A DNA stretch of 64,000 nucleotides from an uncultured beta proteobacterium (GCA_963765065.1 CAVXVH010000009.1:6279-70278), one strand, 5' to 3'. Positions 32,275-44,318 are shown, numbered from the stretch's first letter. Notes: generated by a model from the letters alone, not told the origin. Numbers and translations: made by a program.

Positions 32275-32411
32275 CGGGCGAATCCTGCGGGCGGGTAGGT
32301 AACCCATTCTAGCAAAGCGGGGTTTTGCTCCCGTGGCCGGCCCGGGGGAAGCGGGTAGAATGCGCAGCTTTGGCGCGCCGCCGGCGCCCCACCGATTTCC
32401 CGGAGCAACCC

Positions 32412-33578
32412 ATGGCCATTACCGAAGGCGACGTCTCGGCCCGGCTCGCCACGGTCGTCGACCCCAACCTCGGCAAGGATCTCGTCGCGGGCAAGCTGGT
32501 CCGCGCGATCCGGGTCGACGGCGGCGACGTCACCGTCGACATCCAGCTCGGCTATCCCGCGAAGAGCCAGCACGCCGCCATGCGCAAGCGGGTCACGGAC
32601 GCGATCGCCGCGATTCCCGGCGCCGGCCGCGTCACGGTCAACGTCACGCAGAAGATCACCGCGCACGCCGTGCAGCGCGGCGTCAAGCTCGTGCCGGGCG
32701 TCAAGAACATCGTCGCGATCGCGAGCGGCAAGGGCGGCGTCGGCAAGTCGACCACTGCCGTGAACCTCGCGCTCGCGCTCGCCGCGGAGGGAGCGAAGGT
32801 CGGCATCCTCGACGCCGACATCTACGGCCCGTCGCAGCCGACGATGCTCGGCATCAGCGGCCGTCCGGAGTCGGTCGACGGCAAGACGATCGAGCCGATG
32901 GAGGCCTACGGCATCCAGGCGATGTCGATCGGCTTCCTGATCGACGTCGACACCCCGATGGTCTGGCGCGGGCCGATGGTGACGCAGGCGCTCGAGCAGC
33001 TGCTCAAGGACACCCGCTGGCGCGACCTCGACTACCTGATCGTCGACATGCCGCCGGGCACGGGCGACATCCAGCTCACGCTGTCGCAGAAGGTGCCGGT
33101 GACGGGCGCGGTGATCGTGACGACGCCCCAGGACATCGCGCTGATCGACGCGCGCAAGGGGCTCAAGATGTTCGACAAGGTCGGCGTGCCGATCGTCGGC
33201 ATCGTCGAGAACATGAGCATCCACGTCTGCAGCAAGTGCGGCCACGCCGAGCACATCTTCGGCACCGGCGGCGCCGAGACGATGTGCAAGGACTACGACG
33301 TGCCGTTCCTCGGCAGCCTGCCGCTCGACATCCGCATCCGCGAGCAGGCCGACTCCGGACGCCCGACGGTGGTCGCGGACCCCGACGGCAAGGTCGCCGA
33401 GATGTACCGCGAGATCGCGCGCAAGACGGCGGTCGCGGTGGCGCGCAAGGCCGAGGACTTCAGCGCGAAGTTCCCGAGCATCGTCATCCAGAACACCTGG
33501 CTGTGCCCGCGAAGCGGGGGCCCAGCGTCGCCGGTCGCTCAGGACGACCTGGATCCCGCTTTCGCGGGAACGACGTAG
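32412..33578 (+). CDS. apbC: Fe-S carrier ApbC/Mrp with a repeat-derived C-terminal extension
   Basis: [26 protein letters not shown]. Confidence 0.95.
   Translation: MAITEGDVSARLATVVDPNLGKDLVAGKLVRAIRVDGGDVTVDIQLGYPAKSQHAAMRKRVTDAIAAIPGAGRVTVNVTQKITAHAVQRGVKLVPGVKNIVAIASGKGGVGKSTTAVNLALALAAEGAKVGILDADIYGPSQPTMLGISGRPESVDGKTIEPMEAYGIQAMSIGFLIDVDTPMVWRGPMVTQALEQLLKDTRWRDLDYLIVDMPPGTGDIQLTLSQKVPVTGAVIVTTPQDIALIDARKGLKMFDKVGVPIVGIVENMSIHVCSKCGHAEHIFGTGGAETMCKDYDVPFLGSLPLDIRIREQADSGRPTVVADPDGKVAEMYREIARKTAVAVARKAEDFSAKFPSIVIQNTWLCPRSGGPASPVAQDDLDPAFAGTT
33502..33574. repeat. dRS3/REP-like palindrome doublet
   Basis: CCCGCGAAGCGGGGGCCCAG...CTGGATCCCGCTTTCGCGGGAACGAC. Confidence 0.75.
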
Positions 33579-33596
33579 GACGCGAGGTCGCCCAAA

Positions 33597-34160
33597 GTGA
33601 TCAAGTCGGACAAGTGGATCCGCCGCATGGCGGCCGAGCACCGCATGATCGAGCCGTTCGAGCCCGGCCAGGTGCGCGAGGTGAACGGCCGGCGCATCGT
33701 CTCCTACGGCACGTCGAGCTACGGCTACGACATCCGCTGCAGCGCCGAATTCAAGATCTTCACCAACATCAACTCGACGATCGTCGACCCGAAGGCCTTC
33801 GACGCCGGCTCGTTCGTCGACTTCACGGGCGACGTCTGCATCATCCCGCCGAACTCGTTCGCCCTCGCGCGCACGGTCGAGTACTTCCGCATCCCGAGGA
33901 ACGTGCTCACGATCTGCCTCGGCAAGAGCACCTACGCCCGCTGCGGCATCATCGTCAACGTGACGCCGTTCGAGCCCGAGTGGGAGGGCTACGTGACGCT
34001 CGAGTTCTCGAACACGACGCCGCTGCCGGCGAAGATCTACGCCAACGAGGGCGTGGCGCAGGTGATCTTCTTCGAGTCCGACGAGGTCTGCGAGACCTCC
34101 TACAAGGACCGGGGCGGCAAGTACCAGGGCCAGCAGGGCGTCACGCTGCCGAGGATGTAG
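33597..34160 (+). CDS. dcd: dCTP deaminase
   Basis: [28 protein letters not shown]. Confidence 0.96.
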   Translation: MIKSDKWIRRMAAEHRMIEPFEPGQVREVNGRRIVSYGTSSYGYDIRCSAEFKIFTNINSTIVDPKAFDAGSFVDFTGDVCIIPPNSFALARTVEYFRIPRNVLTICLGKSTYARCGIIVNVTPFEPEWEGYVTLEFSNTTPLPAKIYANEGVAQVIFFESDEVCETSYKDRGGKYQGQQGVTLPRM

Positions 34161-34368
34161 GTCCGCGCGGCCCCGGCCGCCGACGACCCGGCCGGGGAGC
34201 GCCGACTGTTGCGCCGGCGCCAAGGCACGGTGCCGCGGGCCCGCCGCGTGGCATCGCAGACCTCGCGTCCGCCGCCGCGCCGGCGCAGAATTGCCACGAT
34301 TCGCCGGGCGGCGGCGCCGCCCCGGCACTCACCCAACGCAGCGCGGCGCTCTGCCGCAGGAGTTCCCG

Positions 34369-36669
34369 ATGAAGTTCCGCTTTCCCGTCGTCATCATCGA
34401 CGAGGACTTCCGCTCCGAGAACGCGAGCGGCCTCGGCATCCGCGCGCTCGCCCGCGCGATCGAGGCCGAGGGGCTCGAGGTGCTCGGCGTCACGAGCTAC
34501 GGTGACCTGACGAGCTTCGCGCAGCAGCAGAGCCGCGCGAGCGCCTTCGTGCTGTCGATCGACGACGAGGAGTTCCGCACGCCCGAGGAGGCGCGGGCCG
34601 CGCTCGCCAACCTGCGCGCGTTCGTCGAGGAGATCCGCTTCCGCAACGCCGAGATCCCGGTGTTCCTGCACGGCGAGACGCGCACCTCGCGCCACATCCC
34701 GAACGACATCCTGCGGCAGCTGAACGGCTTCATCCACATGAACGAGGACACGCCCGAGTTCGTCGCGCGCTACATCGCGCGGGAGGCGCGGTCCTACCTC
34801 GGCGGCCTCGCGCCGCCGTTCTTCCGCGCGCTCGTGCACTACGCGAACGACGGCAGCTACTCGTGGCACTGTCCCGGCCACTCCGGCGGCGTCGCCTTCC
34901 TGAAGAGCCCGGTCGGGCAGATGTTCCACCAGTTCTTCGGCGAGAACATGCTGCGCGCCGACGTGTGCAACTCGGTGGACGAGCTGGGCCAGCTGCTCGA
35001 CCACTCCGGGCCGGTCGCGGCCTCCGAGCGCAACGCCGCGCGCATCTTCAACGCCGACGAGCTGTTCTTCGTCACCAACGGCACGTCGTCCTCGAACAAG
35101 ATGGTCTGGCACGCGACGGTGGCACCGGGCGACGTCGTCGTCGTCGACCGCAACTGCCACAAGTCGATCCTGCACGCGATCACGATGACGGGCGCGATCC
35201 CCGTGTTCCTGACGCCGACGCGCAACCACGTCGGCATCATCGGGCCGATCCCGCAGAGCGAGTTCCTCTGGGAGAACATCGAGCGCAAGATCCGCGCGCA
35301 CCCGTTCGCCAAGGACGTGAAGTCGAAGCCGCGCATCCTCACGATCACGCAGAGCACCTACGACGGCATCGTCTACAACGTCGACGCGATCAAGGAGATG
35401 CTCGGCAGCCACATCGACACGCTGCACTTCGACGAGGCCTGGCTGCCGCACGCGACGTTCCACGACTTCTACCGCGGCATGCACGCCATCGGCAAGGACC
35501 GCCCGCGCAGCCGGGACGCGCTCGTGTTCTCGACGCAGTCGACGCACAAGCTGCTCGCCGGGCTGTCGCAGGCCTCGCAGATCCTCGTGCAGTACAGCGA
35601 GAACCGGCAGCTCGACCGGCACCGGTTCAACGAGGCGTACCTGATGCACAGCTCGACGTCGCCGCAGTACGCGATCATCGCGTCGTGCGACGTCGCCGCG
35701 GCGATGATGGAATCTCCCGGCGGACCGGCGCTCGTCGAGGAGTCGATCATGGAGGCGCTCGACTTCCGGCGCGCGATGCGCAAGGTCGACGAGGAGTTCG
35801 GCGACTCGTGGTGGTTCAAGGTCTGGGGACCCGACCGCCTCGCGGAGGAAGGCATCGGCAGCCGCGAGGACTGGATGCTCGGCGCGAACGACAAGTGGCA
35901 CGGCTTCGGCGAGCTCGCCCCCGGCTTCAACATGCTCGATCCGATCAAGGCCACCGTGCTGACGCCGGGGCTCGACGTCGCCGGCGATTTCGCCGAGCGC
36001 GGCATCCCGGCGTCGATCGTCACCAAGTACCTCGCCGAGCACGGCGTGATCGTCGAGAAGACCGGGCTCTACTCGTTCTTCATCATGTTCACGATCGGCA
36101 TCACCAAGGGCCGCTGGAACACGATGCTGACGGCGCTGCAGCAGTTCAAGGCCGACTACGACGCCAACAACCCGCTCTGGAAGGTGCTGCCGGAGTTCGT
36201 GCAGGCGCATCCCCGCTACGAGAAGATCGGCCTGCGCGAGCTCTCCGACTCGATCCACGGCATCTACAAGGCCAACGACATCGGGCGCCTGACCACGGAG
36301 ATGTACGTCTCGAACCTCGAGCCGGCGATGAAGCCGGCCGACGCCTTCGCGCGCATGGCGCACCGGGAGATCGAGCGGGTGGAGATCGACGACCTCGAGG
36401 GGCGCGTGACGAGCGCGCTGCTGACGCCCTACCCGCCGGGCATCCCGCTGCTCATCCCCGGCGAGCGCTTCAACCGCCAGATCGTCAAGTACCTGCAGTT
36501 CGCGCGGGATTTCAACGAACGCTTCCCCGGCTTCGACACCGACATCCACGGGCTGGTCGAGGAGGACATCGGCGGGCGCCGCCGCTATTTCGTCGACTGC
36601 GTGGCGGGTGCGAAGGTGATCGCCGCGGTGCCGTCGGTGCCGCGCGTGCGCGCGGTGCGGAAGTCGTAG
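34369..36669 (+). CDS. Arginine/lysine/ornithine decarboxylase (fold I, PLP)
   Basis: HCPGHSGG, HFDEAW, STHKLL PLP lysine, PYPPGIP. Confidence 0.93.
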   Translation: MKFRFPVVIIDEDFRSENASGLGIRALARAIEAEGLEVLGVTSYGDLTSFAQQQSRASAFVLSIDDEEFRTPEEARAALANLRAFVEEIRFRNAEIPVFLHGETRTSRHIPNDILRQLNGFIHMNEDTPEFVARYIAREARSYLGGLAPPFFRALVHYANDGSYSWHCPGHSGGVAFLKSPVGQMFHQFFGENMLRADVCNSVDELGQLLDHSGPVAASERNAARIFNADELFFVTNGTSSSNKMVWHATVAPGDVVVVDRNCHKSILHAITMTGAIPVFLTPTRNHVGIIGPIPQSEFLWENIERKIRAHPFAKDVKSKPRILTITQSTYDGIVYNVDAIKEMLGSHIDTLHFDEAWLPHATFHDFYRGMHAIGKDRPRSRDALVFSTQSTHKLLAGLSQASQILVQYSENRQLDRHRFNEAYLMHSSTSPQYAIIASCDVAAAMMESPGGPALVEESIMEALDFRRAMRKVDEEFGDSWWFKVWGPDRLAEEGIGSREDWMLGANDKWHGFGELAPGFNMLDPIKATVLTPGLDVAGDFAERGIPASIVTKYLAEHGVIVEKTGLYSFFIMFTIGITKGRWNTMLTALQQFKADYDANNPLWKVLPEFVQAHPRYEKIGLRELSDSIHGIYKANDIGRLTTEMYVSNLEPAMKPADAFARMAHREIERVEIDDLEGRVTSALLTPYPPGIPLLIPGERFNRQIVKYLQFARDFNERFPGFDTDIHGLVEEDIGGRRRYFVDCVAGAKVIAAVPSVPRVRAVRKS

Positions 36670-36672
36670 CGG

Positions 36673-37659
36673 CTACGCCTCGACCGGCGTGCCGGACTCG
36701 GCGGCCCGCGGCGCAGGCGTCGATGCGCCGGCGCGGGGCGGATTGGCCCCGGCGACGGCCACCAGCCTGGCGAGAACGCACGAGGCGATGCGCGCGTCCA
36801 TCGCGTCGTGCGGCTGCGGCAGTACGATCGGCACGCGCGCGCCGAGGACGATGCCGGCGGCCAGTCCGCCGGTGACGCCGGTCAGGGTGCGCAACACCAT
36901 CGTCGCGGCTTCCATCGACGGGGCGACCAGCACGTCGGCGTGTCCGGCGACCGCGGACTTGCAGCCCTGCGCACGCGCGGCGTCCGCCGACAGCGCGACG
37001 TCCGGGGTCATCGGGCCGTCGACGACGGCGCCCGGGAAGGCGCCCTGGAGCGCCATCGACTTCAGCGCCGCGGCCTCGCTGGTCGAGGGGAAGGCCGGCG
37101 CGACCGTGCCCTTCGCCGCGAGCAGCGCCACGTTCGGCGCGGCGATGCCGAGCGCCTGCGCGAGCAGGACCGTGCAGGCGACGATGTCGCGCTTGGCGGC
37201 CAGGTTGGGCGCGACGTTCAGCATCGCGTCCGCGACCAGCAGCGGGCGCGGCACGCCCGGCAGGTCGAGGAACGTTGCGTGGGACAGCCGTCGGCCGGTG
37301 CGCAGGCCCGAATCGGCGGCCACCACCGGTGCGAGCAGGTCCTCGACCGACAGGCTGCCGCGGATCAGTGCACCGATCGCGCCATCCTGCGCGGCGAGCA
37401 CCGCACGCTGGCTGGCCGCGCGGGGCTCGTCCGGCGTGTCGACGAGCGGCAGGCGCGAGATGTCCAGGCCGGCGCGGATCGCGGCGTCGCGGATGCGTTG
37501 CTCGGGGCCGAACAGCGTCGGCGCAACGTACCCGGCGAAGGCGGCCGACAGCGCGAGCTGCAGGCTGTCGCGGTCGACCGGGAACACGACGGCGGCGGGC
37601 AGCGCGGTCTCGGTGCGGGCGCGCTCGGCGAGCTTCGACAGGTGCGGACGGGGCATCAT
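36673..37659 (-). CDS. Divergent phosphate acetyl/butyryltransferase homologue
   Basis: ADAMLNVAP, VDGP, GIVLGARVPIVL; the canonical TSRAD reads PQPHD. Confidence 0.75.
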   Translation of the reverse strand: MMPRPHLSKLAERARTETALPAAVVFPVDRDSLQLALSAAFAGYVAPTLFGPEQRIRDAAIRAGLDISRLPLVDTPDEPRAASQRAVLAAQDGAIGALIRGSLSVEDLLAPVVAADSGLRTGRRLSHATFLDLPGVPRPLLVADAMLNVAPNLAAKRDIVACTVLLAQALGIAAPNVALLAAKGTVAPAFPSTSEAAALKSMALQGAFPGAVVDGPMTPDVALSADAARAQGCKSAVAGHADVLVAPSMEAATMVLRTLTGVTGGLAAGIVLGARVPIVLPQPHDAMDARIASCVLARLVAVAGANPPRAGASTPAPRAAESGTPVEA

Positions 37660-37780
37660 CGGCCCAAGGCTCGCAAGGGCACCCCTGCAGTGTCAATCGA
37701 ACCCGATGGAAGGGCGGCGGGCGGGTACGCACGGCCGCCTCCGGGCGGCCACGACCGGCCCCCCGGGCAAATGGCGAGTC

Positions 37781-39124
37781 CTAGAGCGACTGCAGCGTGC
37801 GGCGCAGGACGTCGACGATGGTGTCCACGTGCGTCCGCTCGGCGATGAGCGGTGGCGCGACGATCGCCGCGTCGCCGGTCGCCTTGAGGTGCAGGCCGTG
37901 GTCGAACAGCCGCTTCTGGAACTGGTGGCCGCGCTTCCCGGGCGTGCCGTCCGGATGCACCTCGATCGCGCCCATCATCCCGTAGCCGCGCAGGTCGGCG
38001 ACGATCGGGATGTCACGCAGCGAGAAGAGGCCCTCGAGGAAATACGGCGACAGCGCCTTGGCGCGATCGAACAGGCCTTCGTCGCGATAGATGTCGAGCG
38101 TGGCGAGGCCGGCTGCGCACGCCGCCGGGTGGCCCGAGTAGGTGTAGCCGTGGAAGAATTCGATTGCGCCGTCGGCGGCGGCGTCGACGATCGCGTCGTG
38201 GATGCGCTGCGACACCGCCACGGCGCCCATCGGCTGCGCGCCGTTGGTGAGGCCCTTCGCCATCGTCATCAGGTCGGGCACCACGCCGAAGCTCTGCGCG
38301 CCGAACGCGGCGCCGGTGCGGCCGAAGCCGGTGATCACCTCGTCGAACACGAGCAGGATGCCGTGCTGGTCGCAGATCTCGCGCAGGCGCTCGAGGTAGC
38401 CGCGCGGCGGCACGAGGCAGCCGGTCGAGCCCGCGATCGGCTCGACGAAGCAGGCGGCGATATTCTCGGCGCCGTACAGGTTGACGAAGCGCGCGAGGTC
38501 CTCGGCGAGCTCGGCCCCGTGGGCGCCCTGGCCGGGCACGAGGCGGTTCTCGGGCAGGTGCGTGTGCCGCATGTGGGCGATGCCGGGGAGCGCGAGCCCG
38601 AACTTGCGCCGGTTGTTGACGAGGCCCGCGAGCGAGGTACCGCCGAAGTTGACGCCGTGATAGGCACGCTCGCGCGAGACGAACATCGTGCGCCCGCCCT
38701 GGCCCTTCGCGTGCCAGTAGGCGAGCGCCACCTTCATCGCGGTGTCGACCGCCTCGGAGCCCGAATTGACGAAGAAGATGCGGTTCAAGTCGCCCGGCGT
38801 CAGCGCCGCGACGCGCGTCGCGAGCTCGAACTGCTTCGGGTGCCCGCGCGTGAAGGGGGCGATGAAGTCGAGCTCGGAGAGCTGCGCGGAGACGGCGTCG
38901 GCGATCTCGCGGCGGCAGTGGCCGGCGTTGACGCAGAACAGGCCGGAGGACGCGTCGATCAGCCGCTCGCCGCGCTCGTTCCAGACGAACATGCCTTCGG
39001 CCCGCACCACCATCTTCGGCTCGTGCCGGAAGTCGCGGTTCGGCGTGAACGGCATCCAGTACTCGTCCATCGAGATCGCGCGCGCGGCGCGGTCGCTGTC
39101 GAGCTTGAATTCGGCGTGGCCCAT
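37781..39124 (-). CDS. Class III aminotransferase (omega-amino acid:pyruvate type)
   Basis: WMPFT, DASSGLFC, FDEVITGFGRTG, MAKGLTNG. Confidence 0.93.
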   Translation of the reverse strand: MGHAEFKLDSDRAARAISMDEYWMPFTPNRDFRHEPKMVVRAEGMFVWNERGERLIDASSGLFCVNAGHCRREIADAVSAQLSELDFIAPFTRGHPKQFELATRVAALTPGDLNRIFFVNSGSEAVDTAMKVALAYWHAKGQGGRTMFVSRERAYHGVNFGGTSLAGLVNNRRKFGLALPGIAHMRHTHLPENRLVPGQGAHGAELAEDLARFVNLYGAENIAACFVEPIAGSTGCLVPPRGYLERLREICDQHGILLVFDEVITGFGRTGAAFGAQSFGVVPDLMTMAKGLTNGAQPMGAVAVSQRIHDAIVDAAADGAIEFFHGYTYSGHPAACAAGLATLDIYRDEGLFDRAKALSPYFLEGLFSLRDIPIVADLRGYGMMGAIEVHPDGTPGKRGHQFQKRLFDHGLHLKATGDAAIVAPPLIAERTHVDTIVDVLRRTLQSL

Positions 39125-39313
39125 CGGGATGCTCCGGGAAAGGCGCGGCGACAACTGCGTCGCGCGGCGCGCGAGGATAGGGGGATCGTACACCCGGGGC
39201 AGCGGAACCGGCAGCGCCCCCGGCACCTTGCCGGCAATGCCTTGACGGGCGCGCGCGCGCGGGCGCCAAATGACGGCGAGAGGCCACCCGGGCCTGCCGC
39301 TGGGAGGTACAGC

Positions 39314-39739
39314 ATGGGCATCCGTTCGCTGCGCTCGATGGTCGCGGGGCAGCGCCCGCTGATCGTTGCCGAGAGTCTCGCCGTTGCCGAGGTGGCGAGG
39401 CGCATGCACGAACTTCGTACCGGCGCCGCGCTCGTGGCCGATGGCGCGCGCCTCGTCGGCATCTTCACGGAGCGCGACGCACTGTTTCGCGTCCTTGCCG
39501 GGGCCCGCGATCCGCGCACGACCCCGGTCGGCCAGGTGATGACCCGCGATCCGCAGACGATCCACCCCGACAAGCCGTTCGAGGAGGCGTTGCGGCTCAT
39601 GTACGAGGGGCGCTTCCGTCACGTGCCCGTCGTCGAGGACGGCCGCCCGCTCGGCATCGTCTCGGTGCGCGAGGCGATCCATCCCGACTTCACTGCGCTC
39701 GCGCAGGTGCTCGACACGCGCGAGGTGGCGCGGGAGTGA
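39314..39739 (+). CDS. CBS-domain protein
   Basis: GIFTERD, VMTRDP, FRHVPVVEDG. Confidence 0.88.
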   Translation: MGIRSLRSMVAGQRPLIVAESLAVAEVARRMHELRTGAALVADGARLVGIFTERDALFRVLAGARDPRTTPVGQVMTRDPQTIHPDKPFEEALRLMYEGRFRHVPVVEDGRPLGIVSVREAIHPDFTALAQVLDTREVARE

Positions 39740-40857
39740 GCGTGAAGATCGGCGTCCCGAAGGAAATCAAGGTCCTCGAAAACCGCGTCGGCCTCACCAC
39801 CGAGTCCGTGCGCGAGGTCGTTGCCCACGGCCACGAGGTGATCGTCGAACACCACGCCGGGCAGGGCATCGGCATGGACGACGCCGCCTACGTGAAGGCG
39901 GGGGCGAAGGTGGTCGGCACCGCTGCCGAAGTGTTCGCGGCCGCCGAGATGATCGTCAAGGTGAAGGAGCCGCAGGCGGCCGAGCGTGCGATGCTGCGGC
40001 CCGGCCAGGTGCTCTTCACCTACCTGCACCTCGCGCCCGATCCGGAGCAGGCGCGCGATCTCATCGCGAGCGAGGCGGTGTGCATCGCCTACGAGACGGT
40101 CACGTCGTCCTCGGGCGGGCTGCCGCTGCTCGCGCCGATGTCCGAGGTGGCGGGACGCATGGCGGTGCAGGCCGGCGCCTACTACCTCGAGAAGCCGCAC
40201 GGGGGTCTCGGCGTGCTGATCGGCGGCGTGCCGGGTGTCGATCCGGCCAAGGTCGTCGTGCTGGGCGGCGGCGTCGTCGGCACGCACGCGATCGACATCG
40301 CGCTCGGCATGGGCGCCGACGTCTGGGTGCTCGACCGCAGCGTCGACGTGCTGCGCCGGCTGTGGGCGCAGTTCGGGCGGCCGCTCAACACCGTGTTTTC
40401 GACGCAGGACGCGATCGAGCGCCACGTCACCGCCGCCGACCTCGTCGTCGGCGGCGTGCTGATCCCCGGCGCGTCGGCGCCCAAGCTCGTTTCGCGCGAG
40501 CTGGTCTCGCGCATGAAGCAGGGCGCGGTCGTGGTCGACGTCGCGATCGACCAGGGCGGCTGCTTCGAGACCTCGCGTCCGACCACGCACGCGGACCCGG
40601 TGTACGTGGTCGACGGCGTCACGCACTACTGCGTGGCCAACATGCCCGGCGGCGTGCCCCGCACCTCGACGTTCGCGCTCAACAACGCCACCCTGCCGTT
40701 CGTGCTCGCGCTGGCGGAGAAGGGCTGGGAGCGTGCGCTCGCCGACGACCCGCACCTGCGCAACGGGCTCAACATCGCCTTCGGCAAGGTGACCTGCGAG
40801 CCGGTGGCGCAGGCGCTCGGCTATGCGTACGTGCCGGCGGCCGCCGTGCTCTCCTAG
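39736..40857 (+). CDS. ald: Alanine dehydrogenase
   Basis: [38 protein letters not shown]. Confidence 0.96.
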   Translation: MSVKIGVPKEIKVLENRVGLTTESVREVVAHGHEVIVEHHAGQGIGMDDAAYVKAGAKVVGTAAEVFAAAEMIVKVKEPQAAERAMLRPGQVLFTYLHLAPDPEQARDLIASEAVCIAYETVTSSSGGLPLLAPMSEVAGRMAVQAGAYYLEKPHGGLGVLIGGVPGVDPAKVVVLGGGVVGTHAIDIALGMGADVWVLDRSVDVLRRLWAQFGRPLNTVFSTQDAIERHVTAADLVVGGVLIPGASAPKLVSRELVSRMKQGAVVVDVAIDQGGCFETSRPTTHADPVYVVDGVTHYCVANMPGGVPRTSTFALNNATLPFVLALAEKGWERALADDPHLRNGLNIAFGKVTCEPVAQALGYAYVPAAAVLS

Positions 40858-40878
40858 CGCGGCCCGGCCCTCGACCGG

Positions 40879-41997
40879 CTAGCGCGAGATCGGCAGCGTG
40901 AGGATCGTGGTCACCGGCGGCACGTCGCCCGCCTGCAGCGCGTAGGCGGTCTCGAGCAGCGCGAACGTCTGCTTGGACGCTATGTCGCGGGCGTCGATGT
41001 AGAACCAGCGCTCGTGGGCGCGCACGCGCACGTAGGTGTCGGCAGGTGCGTCGTCGCGGGAGCCGATGCGGATGACGCCCCCCAGCATGCGGCTCCAGTC
41101 GAATGGCGCTCCCGCCTCGCCGCTCAGTACCGGCACCTGCCCGGCCGCGACGTCGGCAGCGGGCACGGCGACGCCCTTGGACAGGAAGCGCATCGCCGCG
41201 AGGATCGAGCGCGGCCGCAACGCGATGTTGCGGCCCCCACCGCCACCCGCTGCGGCCACCACGCGGTAGGTGAGGGCCTGCGGGTCGAGGCCGAGAATCC
41301 GCGCGAACTCCTCGAACTCGGCGGTCCCGACCGCGGCCCGGTCGATCGAGACCGACAGCACGAGATCGCTGCCCGGCGCCGGCGGAGCGCCGGTCGAGTC
41401 GACGCCGAGCTGCAGAAAGCCCCGTGCCTCGAGACGCTCGACCAGGTCGACGACCCGGCGGAACGACGCCCAGTCCGGGATTTCCCGCGGCGCATAGAGT
41501 GTTGCCGCCGGCGCGTTGGGCACGCCGTTGATCGCGTCGGCGAACACGAGCAGGATCTCGCGCAGGCCGAAGCCCGCGGCCCGCAGCAGCGCCAGCGTGC
41601 GCAGGTCGAGCGGGCGCAGCAGCTGCTTCGCGAACTTCTCGCCGGCGAGCGGCTGGAACACGAACGATGGCGTCTGCGACAGCCCCACGCCCGTGCTTGC
41701 GGCGAGCGTCGGATCGAGGCCCAGCGGGAAGGCCGCGCTCGCGCCCACGTTCGCGCTGACCGTGGCGCTGGTCGAGACGCTGCTCACCTCGAGGAAGTAG
41801 GGCGTGTCGCCGTAGCGCAGCCGCACGATGTTGCGCAGCATCTGCTCGGCGTTGGTCTGCGCCGCGGTCTCGTTCAACGTGCCGCGCGTCTCCTTGAGCA
41901 CGTTGCCCGAGAACGTCGCGCAGCCGCCGAGCGTCACGGCGACCAGCATCGCGAGGGCCTGAAGGAACGGGCGCGCAGTCGTGTTCGGCGATTGCAT
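40879..41997 (-). CDS. Hypothetical lipoprotein
   Basis: Lipobox LGGC after a hydrophobic stretch; EQMLRNIVRLRYGDTPYFL N-terminal motif. Confidence 0.75.
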   Translation of the reverse strand: MQSPNTTARPFLQALAMLVAVTLGGCATFSGNVLKETRGTLNETAAQTNAEQMLRNIVRLRYGDTPYFLEVSSVSTSATVSANVGASAAFPLGLDPTLAASTGVGLSQTPSFVFQPLAGEKFAKQLLRPLDLRTLALLRAAGFGLREILLVFADAINGVPNAPAATLYAPREIPDWASFRRVVDLVERLEARGFLQLGVDSTGAPPAPGSDLVLSVSIDRAAVGTAEFEEFARILGLDPQALTYRVVAAAGGGGGRNIALRPRSILAAMRFLSKGVAVPAADVAAGQVPVLSGEAGAPFDWSRMLGGVIRIGSRDDAPADTYVRVRAHERWFYIDARDIASKQTFALLETAYALQAGDVPPVTTILTLPISR

Positions 41998-42156
41998 GGC
42001 GGGGTTGCGTACGGGATCGTGGCGCTCCTCTGGATTGTGCACGACCGCGCGGGCCGTCGACACCGCGCCCGTCCGGCGCGTCGGGACGACGCGGCACGTG
42101 GCAGCGCAGCATTCGCTAAGCGCTTGAATCGTATCGATCTCTCGGACGCCGAGTGA

Positions 42157-42197
42157 GTGTCATATTGCGTCACGGTGGCGTCATCGACCTGTCACAC
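42157..42197 (+). promoter_or_regulatory. Pho boxes upstream of pstS
   Basis: GTCAY units at 42159, 42169, 42180, 42191 (10/11/11-bp spacing). Confidence 0.65.
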
Positions 42198-42247
42198 ATC
42201 GCGCCTAAGCTCGCGACTTCTGTCACTTGCGCACCACGGGGGACCCC

Positions 42248-43248
<1,001 letters not shown>

Positions 43249-43412
43249 TCCACGGCGGCGGGGCGTCGCAACCGCGCCGCCGCCGTCAGGGACGTCTCGC
43301 CCCTCGGCGCGTCGGGGTCGCAAGGTCCCGGCGCGCCGCGCCGTCCGACAGCGAGCCTATAATGCATGCCGCGTCAGCCTCGGGCGCGCCGGTGGGCGCG
43401 CGCCTGCCGACC

Positions 43413-44318
43413 ATGTCAGCGAGCGCCTCGCCAGAAGTCTCGCGCAACCTGAAGGAACGCACCATCGAGGCGCTGCTCTTCTTCGCGGCGTTCGTCGTCG
43501 GTGCTCACCACCGTCGGCATCGTCTACGTGCTGGTGAAGGAGAGCGTGGTCTTCTTCACGCAGGTGCCGCTCTGGGACTTCCTCACCGACACCCAGTGGA
43601 CGCCGCTGTTCGACGACGCCCACTTCGGCATCATGGTGCTGCTGTCGGGCACGCTGACCAGCTCCGCGGTCGCGCTGCTGGTCGCCGATCCCGCTCGGCA
43701 CGATCGATCGCCATCTACCTGTCCGAGTTCGCGTCGCCCCGCGCGCGCGAGTTCGCCAAGCCGATGCTCGAGCTGCTCTCCGGGGTGCCGACGATCGTCT
43801 ACGGCTATTTCGCGCTGCTCTTCGTCACGCCGCTGCTGCAGAAGCTGATCCCCGGGCTTCCCGGCTTCAATCTGCTGTCGGCCGGCATCGTGATGGGCAT
43901 CATGATCGTGCCCCTCGTCGCGTCGATCTCCGAGGACGCGATGCGCGCGGTGCCGATGTCGCTGCGCGAAGGCAGCTTCGCGATGGGTGCGACGCGTCTT
44001 CAGACCGCGATCAACGTGGTCTTCCCGGCAGCGATCTCGGGCATCGCCGCGGCGTACGTGCTCGGCATCTCGCGCGCGGTCGGCGAGACGATGATCCTCG
44101 CGGTCGCCGCCGGCATGCAGCCCAACCTGACGTTCAACCCGATGGAGCCCGCCGCCACGATCACGGCGTTCATCGTGCAGGTGGCGCTGGGCGACCTGCC
44201 GCACGGGTCGGTCGGCTACCAGACGATCTTCGCCGCGGGGCTGACGCTGTTCCTGCTGACGCTGGTGTTCAACCTGATCGGGCTGTGGATGCGCAAGCGC
44301 TTCCGGGAGGCGTACTGA
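43413..44318 (+). CDS. pstC: Phosphate ABC permease PstC (frameshifted)
   Basis: [31 protein letters not shown]. Confidence 0.9.
   Translation: MSASASPEVSRNLKERTIEALLFFAAFVVGAHHRRHRLRAGEGERGLLHAGAALGLPHRHPVDAAVRRRPLRHHGAAVGHADQLRGRAAGRRSRSARSIAIYLSEFASPRAREFAKPMLELLSGVPTIVYGYFALLFVTPLLQKLIPGLPGFNLLSAGIVMGIMIVPLVASISEDAMRAVPMSLREGSFAMGATRLQTAINVVFPAAISGIAAAYVLGISRAVGETMILAVAAGMQPNLTFNPMEPAATITAFIVQVALGDLPHGSVGYQTIFAAGLTLFLLTLVFNLIGLWMRKRFREAY

Noticed and set aside
36689-39739. Very long ORFs such as 36689-39739, 60448-63798, 34141-36549 and 32271-34328
   Set aside because: Antisense or off-frame shadows of real genes in high-GC DNA; low-complexity R/A/G/P translations with no motifs.
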